The translations under genes and the position numbers were made by a program. Below are positions 1 through 9,195 of a DNA stretch of 12,770 nucleotides, piece by piece. Numbering within the stretch: the first letter of the stretch is position 1; every line of letters starts with the position of its first letter. The notes under the pieces were generated by a model. The model did not search any database. It was not told where the DNA came from and saw nothing but the letters and a program-made list of their open reading frames with translations. This DNA comes from Phycisphaeraceae bacterium. GTDB lineage: Bacteria; Planctomycetota; Phycisphaerae; Phycisphaerales; Zrk34. The stretch lies in contig JBBDRF010000059.1 of the NCBI GenBank assembly GCA_040905565.1, positions 1 to 12,770 of the forward strand. The letters run 5' to 3'.

Positions 1-109
1 TCCCCCAGCGGGGGAGAGGTTGGGTGAGGGGGTTCCGGGGACGCGTCAGAGCTTGCGAAAGGCGCGCGGCGTCCCGCCGACCCTCACCCCAGCCCTCACC
101 CTGCGAGGT
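1..109. repeat. Inverted pair of REP-like elements (CCCTCACCCC-type, family A) forming a long imperfect hairpin; truncated at the window edge
   Basis: TCCCCC-AGC-GGGGGA hairpin at 1-15. GGGTGAGGG (22-30) is the reverse complement of CCCTCACCC (81-89), and GGGACGC (38-44) pairs with GCGTCCC (69-75). It lies downstream of purH. Confidence 0.7.
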
Positions 110-134
110 AGAATTGCCGCGCGCAGCAACTTAT

Positions 135-170
135 CGCACAACCGCTCCCTGACGGTCGCGGCTCGTTGTC
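135..170. repeat. REP-like element, family B (GAGCCGCGACCGTnAGGGAGCGG), copy 1
   Basis: 135-166 matches the reverse complement of 6657-6688 at 31/32 nt. 142-170 matches 6787-6815 at 28/29 nt. Imperfect CCGC...GCGG hairpin, 25 nt past the purH stop. Confidence 0.85.
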
Positions 171-195
171 GACGTTTGGCTAAGGATTGATCGCT

Positions 196-1776
<1,581 letters not shown>

Positions 1777-1803
1777 CGATTATTTTCTTCGTTTTAATCA
1801 GGT

Positions 1804-2901
1804 TCAGCGGGGCGAAGCTTTGAGGATTCGCCCGTTCAGTTGCAGCAGGTACAGGGTGCCGCCGGTGCGGCTGGTGGAGAGGACATGCCTGACGTTGCCG
1901 AGGTCGGTGGCGCCGATTTCGGAACCGTCGCCGGTGTCGATGTGGATCAGTTGCCCATCTTGATAGAGGTCAAGCGTCGTGCCACGCACCTGGATCGGGC
2001 GTGCGTCGACGAGTTCCTCGCTGCGCCAGCGTACCTCGCGGATGTCCTCAGGATTGAGCGACAGCATCGCGTCGTCGGACACCGCCTGAAGCAGCAGACC
2101 GTTCACGAGGAACGGCGACCTGTCCAGTGAACCGGTGGCATAATGGCGTGCCTGGACGCTGCCGTTGCTCAGTCGCATGGCGTAGAGGGAGTAGTCGGTG
2201 CTGGGCACATAGACCAGGCGTTCGCCTGCTTCGGGGTGCGCCACGACCGGCTCGGCGACGGCGCGGGTCCATCGCAGCGTGCCTTCGAGGGGATCGAATG
2301 ACCAGACATTGCCCCCGAGATCGGTCGCGAAGATCCGGCCGCCTGTCAGCGTCGGCGCGGAGGCGAAGCCGACGTCGACCTGGAAGTCCCACGCCAGCAG
2401 ACCGCTGTCGAGTTCCTGGGCGAACAGGACGCCGCGCGGCGAGGCGTGAATCATCAGGCCGTTGTGGACCACGGGGGTGCCGAGCGAAACGTGGAGCAGG
2501 TCGATGATCGACTGGATTTCGCCGTCGTCAATGTTCAGCACGTAGGCGCGACGCTGAGAACTGATGACCAGACGGTCACCGTCACGCTGCGGGCGGCTGA
2601 GCTGATCGGTGGGGCGGGTCACCTGGTGGCGCCAGAGGATATCACCGTTGTCGGCATCGATGACCGAGACGATGTTCTGATCTTCGACCGTCACGAGCCG
2701 ATCGCCGAGCAGCTCGGCGTACATCAGCTGCGACTGCTCAGGCAGGGCCAGATCGATCTGCCAATCCACCGTATAGCCCAGTTGCTGGGCGTCGAGGGGG
2801 TCGACCAGTAAGCGCGGGCCGTTTCCGTCACCGCCCTGGCACCCGCCGAGGAGCCCGATCGCCATCACTACAACCGCCGTTAGACAATGCCAATGCTTCA
2901 T
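1804..2901 (-). CDS. PQQ-like beta-propeller repeat lipoprotein (BamB-like superfamily)
   Basis: 365 aa. Hydrophobic N-terminus with lipobox LGG-C21. Repeated Trp-docking blades (IDADNGDILWR, ELDSGLLAWD, FDPLEGTLRWT, LNPEDIREVRWR). BamB orthology is not established. Confidence 0.8.
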   Translation of the reverse strand: MKHWHCLTAVVVMAIGLLGGCQGGDGNGPRLLVDPLDAQQLGYTVDWQIDLALPEQSQLMYAELLGDRLVTVEDQNIVSVIDADNGDILWRHQVTRPTDQLSRPQRDGDRLVISSQRRAYVLNIDDGEIQSIIDLLHVSLGTPVVHNGLMIHASPRGVLFAQELDSGLLAWDFQVDVGFASAPTLTGGRIFATDLGGNVWSFDPLEGTLRWTRAVAEPVVAHPEAGERLVYVPSTDYSLYAMRLSNGSVQARHYATGSLDRSPFLVNGLLLQAVSDDAMLSLNPEDIREVRWRSEELVDARPIQVRGTTLDLYQDGQLIHIDTGDGSEIGATDLGNVRHVLSTSRTGGTLYLLQLNGRILKASPR

Positions 2902-3212
2902 GAATCGGCCTCCGCGCCTGCGTCCTGGGTCAAGGGCTCAAGGTAGACCGACAGGTCCACCTGGTACTGCTGCTCCAGCGATGCCATTTGCGTGATCCGT
3001 TCGAGGTCGTCTTCGATCCGCTCGGCGAGCCTTAAAACGTGGGGCTTGCCCTGGAGGCGATGTTCGAGGTCGGCGACCATCGGCTCCCATTGACCTTCGT
3101 ACAGATCCCGCTTGAGCACCAGCAGCAGCGTCTGCTCCGCCGTCACGCGGTCCATGAATCGCCGAAGCGAATCCGGCAACGCATCGACCGTCGGCAGCAG
3201 CTTCACGCCCAT
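2898..3212 (-). CDS. Hypothetical small, probably alpha-helical protein
   Basis: 104 aa with amphipathic Leu/Glu/Arg patterning. Its TGA overlaps the ATG of the next gene (ATGA, 2898-2901). Preceded by a good sigma70-like promoter. Confidence 0.75.
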   Translation of the reverse strand: MGVKLLPTVDALPDSLRRFMDRVTAEQTLLLVLKRDLYEGQWEPMVADLEHRLQGKPHVLRLAERIEDDLERITQMASLEQQYQVDLSVYLEPLTQDAGAEADS

Positions 3213-3244
3213 TAAGTTAATCCGCTTCTAAACTCAGAAGCCCG

Positions 3245-3273
3245 AGTATCGGCCACCAGCCCCCCAGCGTCAA
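3245..3273 (-). promoter_or_regulatory. Putative sigma70-type promoter for the hypothetical / beta-propeller / purH unit
   Basis: Minus strand TTGACG (3273-3268), 17-nt spacer, GATACT (3250-3245), 32 nt upstream of the ATG at 3212. Confidence 0.6.
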
Positions 3274-3359
3274 GCGGCAAGCGGTTGAATAGCCGCGACG
3301 CTACGCGTCGCCGGGCCCGGCGGGCTGTAAGCCGGCGGCTAGGTCGTCAGTGCTTTCAT
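3265..3359. repeat. Direct repeat copy 1 (95 bp): -35 box + 52-bp REPIN-like palindrome (3290-3341) + degenerate copy of the purC 3' end
   Basis: Aligns with 3912-4005 with 5 substitutions and 1 indel. Minus strand reads ATG AAA GCA CTG ACG ACC TAG versus purC TAT GAA GCA CTG ACC ACC TAG. Confidence 0.95.
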
Positions 3360-3372
3360 GTAAACAGCGGCT

Positions 3373-3879
3373 TCAGCGGTCGGTGAGACGATCCCGGACT
3401 TCAATCTCCGCTAGAAGCCGATCTCGCAACTCGGCCACCCTCTCTGGCACCGTGGTCGCGTAGGGAATCCTGACGCGATGCATCGCGCCGTCGGTACGAA
3501 CCCTGATCGTTACGTTGAACGCGTCAGCCATCGGCATCGGCTCGATGATCCAGTCCCAGAAGCCACTCATATCCACCAGTACGCTGAGCCATTCCGCTGT
3601 CTCACGATCCACAAGATAGACCCGATCGGCGTCGCTCACGCTCGAAGGCGTGCCGTCGAGGCGGATCGTCCAGTGTTCACGGACCGTCCCCGCGAAACCG
3701 CCCGCCTCCGTGTAGGTGATCGCGTGGTAGGGGTAAGACCGAGGCTGCGCGGCGTTGATGTACTCGCCGCCGCCGTGGATGGCTGGAATGTTGGTGCGAG
3801 AACTGCTCTCGGGCCCCGAACAGCAACCCACGAGCGTCATCAGGCTGAGTAGGCCAAGCGTCATCCAGCGGTTGTGCAT
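3373..3879 (-). CDS. Lipoprotein with emfourin (protealysin/M4 peptidase inhibitor)-like domain
   Basis: 168 aa. AGGAGG SD 5 nt before the ATG and lipobox LVG-C19. The pattern ITYTEAGGFAG...LSVLVDMSGFW...ADAFNVTIRV...G..HRV...VPERVAELRDRL resembles the emfourin-like family. The CDS is solid; the family call is by eye. Confidence 0.7.
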   Translation of the reverse strand: MHNRWMTLGLLSLMTLVGCCSGPESSSRTNIPAIHGGGEYINAAQPRSYPYHAITYTEAGGFAGTVREHWTIRLDGTPSSVSDADRVYLVDRETAEWLSVLVDMSGFWDWIIEPMPMADAFNVTIRVRTDGAMHRVRIPYATTVPERVAELRDRLLAEIEVRDRLTDR

Positions 3880-3911
3880 TCTGCCTCCTAACCCGCCGTC
3901 GTCCCCGTCCT

Positions 3912-4005
3912 CAGCGTCAAGCGGCGAGTGGTCGAATAGCCGCGACGCTACGCGTCGCCGGGCCCGGCGGGCTGTAAGCCCGCGGCTAGGTGGTCAGTGC
4001 TTCAT
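3912..4005. repeat. Direct repeat copy 2 (94 bp), including REPIN-like palindrome 3937-3988 and the true 3' end of purC
   Basis: TAGCC-GCGACGC-TAC-GCGTCGC-CGGG|CCCG-GCGGGCT-GTA-AGCCCGC-GGCTA. The terminal CTA (3986-3988) is the purC TAG stop. Confidence 0.95.
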
Positions 4006-4909
4006 ACGCGCGGCGGTAGCGGGTCAGCGTGTTTTCGATGATCTCGTCCGGCAGCGTCGGGCCGGGGGGGGTCTTGTCCCACTGGCCCGCAGCGACGAGC
4101 GTCTCCAGATAGTTGCGGACGTACTGTTTATCCAAGCTCGGCTGCTCCTGCCCTTCCCGATATTCATCGGCGGGCCAAAATCGCGAGGAGTCGGGCGTCA
4201 GCACCTCGTCGATCAGGATCGGTTCCTCGGCCGACGTCTCCAACGGCACGCCGAACTCGAACTTGGTGTCTGCGATCAGAATCCCCCGTTCCGCTGCGTA
4301 ATCCCGGGCTTCGCTGTAGATGCGAAGCGAAAGGTCGCGCAGCTTTTTGATCATTGTGGGGCCGATGATGTCGGCTGCCTGCTGATAGGAGATGTTCTCA
4401 TCGTGCCCATGGGCCGCCTTGGTGGAGGGCGTGAAGATTGGATGATCCAAGCGTGAGCCGTTGACCAGTCCGGTGGGCAGTTCGATGCCGCATATGCCGC
4501 CGGTCCGCTGATAATCCTTCCAGCCCGATCCCGCCAGGTATCCCCGCACAATGCACTCCACCGGCAGCACGCGGCAGCGCCGGCCGATCATGATCCGTCC
4601 CCGCAGTGCATCCCTGTCCGCCTGCTCCAAATCGGGCAGGTCCGCTGGGTCCGTCGAGATCAGATGGTGAGGCAGCATCTGCGAGAAGCGCTCAAACCAG
4701 AAGCGGCTGATCTGCGTCAGCAGGGCTCCTTTGCCCGGGATGCCGTTGGCCATGACCACGTCGAAAGCGCTGATGCGGTCGGTCGCGACGATCAGCACTG
4801 CCTCGGTCCCGTCGGCGAGCGTAACATCGTAAATGTCTCGCACCTTCCCCTGCCGGCGGCCCGGGTAAGGCAGATTCGTCTCCATCACGCACGCAGCAGA
4901 CAAAGCCAT
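3986..4909 (-). CDS. purC: Phosphoribosylaminoimidazole-succinocarboxamide (SAICAR) synthase
   Basis: 307 aa. Motifs GKVRDIY, ATDRISAFD, PVECIVRGYLAGSG, PIFTPSTKA, GILIADTKFEFG, DEVLTPDSSRFW and SLDKQYVR. GGAG SD upstream. Confidence 0.98.
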   Translation of the reverse strand: MALSAACVMETNLPYPGRRQGKVRDIYDVTLADGTEAVLIVATDRISAFDVVMANGIPGKGALLTQISRFWFERFSQMLPHHLISTDPADLPDLEQADRDALRGRIMIGRRCRVLPVECIVRGYLAGSGWKDYQRTGGICGIELPTGLVNGSRLDHPIFTPSTKAAHGHDENISYQQAADIIGPTMIKKLRDLSLRIYSEARDYAAERGILIADTKFEFGVPLETSAEEPILIDEVLTPDSSRFWPADEYREGQEQPSLDKQYVRNYLETLVAAGQWDKTPPGPTLPDEIIENTLTRYRRAYEALTT

Positions 4910-4952
4910 GGCAACTCTCCAACAGGTAGCGGTTGAACCTTGCGAACGCGCA

Positions 4953-4982
4953 AGTCTACCGCAACGCTGCCAGGCTTGTCAT
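4953..4982 (-). promoter_or_regulatory. Putative sigma70-type promoter of purC
   Basis: Minus strand ATGACA (4982-4977), 18 nt, TAGACT (4958-4953). Confidence 0.4.
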
Positions 4983-4991
4983 ACCATCCAA

Positions 4992-5016
4992 CAGCCGCGA
5001 GGCTACGTCTCGCCGG
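4992..5016 (+). repeat. Solo REP-like unit of the same family (C) as the REPIN halves
   Basis: CAGCC-GCGAGGC-TAC-GTCTCGC-CGG. Same leader, 7-bp stem (one G-T pair), TAC loop and CGG tail as the units at 3290-3341 and 3937-3988. Confidence 0.7.
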
Positions 5017-5052
5017 TCGCCTCGTTCGATCATCCCGCTTGGCCGTCGCCAC

Positions 5053-5080
5053 TTGTCAAACGCTGAAACTCTGTCAGAAT
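5053..5080 (+). promoter_or_regulatory. Putative extended -10 promoter for the GH10-like gene
   Basis: TTGTCA (5053-5058), 16 nt, CAGAAT (5075-5080) preceded by TGn, 31 nt upstream of the ATG at 5112. Confidence 0.35.
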
Positions 5081-5111
5081 GCTTTGAGCCGAGAAGAAAG
5101 CCGATCTACTT

Positions 5112-6647
5112 ATGTTGAAGTTCCTCGTCTACGAAGATGGTCAGCCTGCCACCGACTGGCAACTGCGCGAAGCCCACCTGCTCGGTGCCGATGATGTCGG
5201 CATCCGTGCCCAGATCCGCTTCGAAGAAGGCATGATCACCTGCGATAAGTCGCACCTTGGGGCCGTCGCGTTTGCCCTGCAGTTCGCTGTCGGTGACGAC
5301 GCAGGCGACCTGATGCTTCAGACGTGCCTGCTGCCCGAGCGTGACGAGCCCTACCTGCTCTCCCTGGAACTGGCGCGGCATCGGCTCATGCGTATCATCA
5401 GCAAGCAGGAAGAATGGCACCTGTTCGATCTTGAAGCGCACAGCCCGCTCGCCGACCGCATCGCCGAGGCCAAGGCTGCGTTCGTCGAGGCGCTCTGCAA
5501 CGCCCACCTGCCCGCCGAGGCCGACCGTCTGGCGCGCCAGGCCCTGCGCCTCGGCCTCGATGCTTCCGAAGAACTCGCCCTCGTCCAGGCGAATCTCGTC
5601 CTCCAGCGCCGCCGTGAAACAGGCCATGTCAGCCGCAACGTGCTTGGCTGCGGCATCCGTCTGCCCGATGACGACCCCCGCGCTCAACAGGCCCTGCTGG
5701 AAAACTTCGATTACATCCGCATCCCCATGCCCTGGCGCATCCTCGAGCCGGCCGAGCAGGAGTACGACTGGCAGTACGTCGATGCCTGGTGCGAATGGGC
5801 CTTCCGCAATCGCATGCCGATCGTGGCGGGGCCGATTGTGAGTTTCACCCCCGACGTCGTCCCCGATTGGCTTTACATCTGGGAACACGATTACGAGACC
5901 ATTCGCGACCTGCTCTATGAGCACATCGAACGGCTGGTCACCCGCTACCGCTCCGTCGTCGCCCTGTGGGACGTCATCAGCGGCGTGCACGTGAACAACA
6001 ACTTCGCGTTCAATTTCGAACAACTGATGGACCTGACGCGCATGGCCGTCACGGTCGTTAAGAAGGTTCAGCCGACCGCTCGAACGCTCGTCGAAATCAC
6101 ACAACCGTTCGGTGAGTACTACGCTCGCAATCAGCGGTCGATCCCGCCGCTGATGTACGCGGAGATGGTCCTGCAGTCGGGCATCCCGTTCGATGGCTAC
6201 GGCTTGAAGCTCGTCATGGGCCAGCCGGCTGAGGGCGGCCGAACGCGTGATCTGATGCAACTCAGCGCCCTGCTGGACAAGTACCACAGCCTCGGCCGAT
6301 CGATCCATGTCAGCGGCATCGCCGTGCCGTCTGAGCCCGTGGCCGTTCAGGTCGCCGCCGAGCCTGAGCCTCACGCCGCCGCTTTGGAAGAGACGCAGAA
6401 GCACGAGAGTTCCGACGGCGGCTACTGGCGTGAACCGTGGTCGGATAAAGTGCAGGCCGACTGGGTCGATGCGGCTTACCGCGTGGTGCTCAGCAAGCCG
6501 TTCATTGAATCGGTGTCCTGGCTTGAGATGACCGACGCTGCCGATTCGGAACTGCCCGGCGGCGGGCTGCTCAAGGCGGACTATCAGCCGCGCCCCGCAC
6601 TCGGCCGCCTCCGCGATCTGCACCACTGGCTCCACGAGCCGGTGTAG
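5112..6647 (+). CDS. GH10 (endo-1,4-beta-xylanase-like) TIM-barrel protein with N-terminal extension; catalytic glutamates apparently absent
   Basis: 511 aa. GH10-like segments PWRILEPAEQEYDW, VPDWL, HIERLVTRYR, WDVISG, GIPFDGYGL, LGRSIHVSG and GGLLKADYQPRPA. No signal peptide. Confidence 0.8.
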   Translation: MLKFLVYEDGQPATDWQLREAHLLGADDVGIRAQIRFEEGMITCDKSHLGAVAFALQFAVGDDAGDLMLQTCLLPERDEPYLLSLELARHRLMRIISKQEEWHLFDLEAHSPLADRIAEAKAAFVEALCNAHLPAEADRLARQALRLGLDASEELALVQANLVLQRRRETGHVSRNVLGCGIRLPDDDPRAQQALLENFDYIRIPMPWRILEPAEQEYDWQYVDAWCEWAFRNRMPIVAGPIVSFTPDVVPDWLYIWEHDYETIRDLLYEHIERLVTRYRSVVALWDVISGVHVNNNFAFNFEQLMDLTRMAVTVVKKVQPTARTLVEITQPFGEYYARNQRSIPPLMYAEMVLQSGIPFDGYGLKLVMGQPAEGGRTRDLMQLSALLDKYHSLGRSIHVSGIAVPSEPVAVQVAAEPEPHAAALEETQKHESSDGGYWREPWSDKVQADWVDAAYRVVLSKPFIESVSWLEMTDAADSELPGGGLLKADYQPRPALGRLRDLHHWLHEPV

Positions 6648-6652
6648 GCCTT

Positions 6653-6815
6653 GACTACGAGCCGCGACCGTAAGGGAGCGGTTGTGCGTCGCGCTGCGGC
6701 GCACGCCTTGGATACGCCCAACGCGTCGCGGCTGTGATCTGAGACACTGCTGACCAACGGGCCGCTTGCATTAGACGAAGACCAGCCCGCTCCCTCACGG
6801 TCGCGGCTCGTTGTC
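6653..6815. repeat. Inverted pair of family-B REP-like elements (6653-6688 and 6787-6815) with ~100-bp spacer
   Basis: ACGAGCCGCGACCGTAAGGGAGCGG (from 6657) is the reverse complement of CCGCTCCCTCACGGTCGCGGCTCGT (from 6787) except for one loop base. It fills the gap between the GH10-like gene and murG. Confidence 0.85.
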
Positions 6816-6848
6816 AGCGGTCAGCGAATTTTCTTCCGAGGCCCACCC

Positions 6849-7943
6849 ATGCCCACAGTTCTCTTCGCAGGCGGCGGCACAGGCGGTCACCTCTTCCCCG
6901 CCATCGCCGTCGCACAGCGCCTCCCCGATACGCTGACCGCACACTTCGCCTGCTCCAATCGCGCCATTGATCGCCGCATTCTTGATGAAGCGAACGTCCC
7001 CTTCACGCCGTTGACCGTTCGCCCGCTTCCCACGCGGCCCTGGCACGCGCCGACGTTCGCGTGGCAGTATCTGCAGAGCATCCGAACCGCCCTCCGCCTG
7101 ATCGATCAACACGATGTGCGGGCCGTGATTTCGATGGGCGGGTTCGTCAGTGCCCCCGCGGTTGAAGCGGCTCGCCGGCGGAACATTCCGGTGTTGCTGG
7201 TGAATCTTGATGCTGTGCCGGGCGTGGCGAACCGTTACCTGGTGCGGCGGTGTGAGCACGTTTTCAGCGTACATCCAAGCCCGAAGCTGCCGCCTCGTAC
7301 GCAGCCGATTGCGATGCCGTTGCGGCGGGAGAGCGTGGCTGATCTCGATGCAGCCGAGTGCCGCGCTGCGTTCGGGTTTGCTCCCGATCGCCCGGTGCTG
7401 CTGGTAACCGGCGCCAGTCAGGGTGCCGAATCGATCAATCGATTGATGGTTCAGCTTCTGGAGCGTGCCGCGTTTCGTGATGCGTTTGCCGATTGGTCAA
7501 TTCTGCATTTGGCGGGGCATGAGCGTGACGAATCGCTGCGTGATGTTTATCTCGCCGCTGGGATGCATGCCCGCGTGCTGGCCTTTACGCATCAGATGGG
7601 CTTGGCGTGGGGGGCAGCGGAACTTGCGATCAGTCGTGCCGGCGCGAACAGCGTGGCGGAGGTGGCGGCGAACGCGGTGCCTGCGATTTTCCTGCCGTAC
7701 CCGTATCACAAGGATCAGCATCAGAAGCACAACGCTGCGGAACTGGTCGAAGCAGGGGGGGCCATCACCGTTGATGACGCCATCGACCCCGCCACGAACG
7801 CCGACCACCTTCTGCCGCTGTTGATGGAACTCGCCTCGGATGCCGCCCGCCTTGGGAAGATGCGCGACGCCCTGCGCGCCCTCGCCCCGGCCGACGGCGC
7901 GGCGCAACTCGTCGAGCATCTTCAGCGGCTGCTTGCGCGCTGA
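6849..7943 (+). CDS. murG: UDP-GlcNAc:lipid I N-acetylglucosamine transferase (GT28)
   Basis: 364 aa. Motifs FAGGGTGGHLFPA, GGFVSAP, PGVANR, TGASQGA, ISRAGANSVAE and LPYPYHKDQHQKHNA. Confidence 0.92.
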   Translation: MPTVLFAGGGTGGHLFPAIAVAQRLPDTLTAHFACSNRAIDRRILDEANVPFTPLTVRPLPTRPWHAPTFAWQYLQSIRTALRLIDQHDVRAVISMGGFVSAPAVEAARRRNIPVLLVNLDAVPGVANRYLVRRCEHVFSVHPSPKLPPRTQPIAMPLRRESVADLDAAECRAAFGFAPDRPVLLVTGASQGAESINRLMVQLLERAAFRDAFADWSILHLAGHERDESLRDVYLAAGMHARVLAFTHQMGLAWGAAELAISRAGANSVAEVAANAVPAIFLPYPYHKDQHQKHNAAELVEAGGAITVDDAIDPATNADHLLPLLMELASDAARLGKMRDALRALAPADGAAQLVEHLQRLLAR

Positions 7944-8000
7944 GCGGTGGGTGCCACTGGACTCGACCTTCGACGCGTGGTGGCGTAACCTTATCTCACC

Positions 8001-9143
<1,143 letters not shown>

Positions 9144-9195
9144 GCTTTGGGGGTGAGCTGATCCCTGGCCGTTTCGTGTTTTTTGAGGTTGCTGT

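Larger units (their letters stand above)
3265..4005. mobile_element. Putative single-gene genomic islet bounded by direct repeats at the purC 3' end (no integrase encoded)
   Basis: One gene with its own SD sits between two ~94-bp direct repeats 647 bp apart that duplicate the target site. Mobility is inferred, not shown. Confidence 0.55.

Noticed and set aside
1804..2901. Naming the beta-propeller lipoprotein bamB or a PQQ dehydrogenase
   Set aside because: Blade repeats alone do not distinguish these, and there is no hisS/der context or visible catalytic motif.
3339..3359. Mini-ORF MKALTT on the minus strand
   Set aside because: By-product of the 1-nt indel in the duplicated purC tail; no SD.
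3265..4005. CRISPR array or canonical integron attC interpretation of the repeats
   Set aside because: There are only two copies and the spacer is a whole gene. No cas or intI gene is present, no clear RYYYAAC...GTTRRRY boundaries were found, and the repeat includes host purC sequence.
4960..5025. Possible ZMP/ZTP riboswitch upstream of purC (minus strand GCGACCGGCG ... AGCCTGGCAG)
   Set aside because: Lacks the GGGGAGC segment and a proper CGCCUGGGC P3/pseudoknot partner. The hairpin is better explained as the solo family-C REP. An Rfam cmscan would settle it.
5106..6704. 532-aa minus-strand ORF
   Set aside because: Antisense shadow of the GH10-like gene; its N-terminus is read through a REP element.
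9144..9185. Possible intrinsic terminator after the OppD gene
   Set aside because: The stem is only about 5 bp with a G-T pair and is separated from the T-run; too weak to call.
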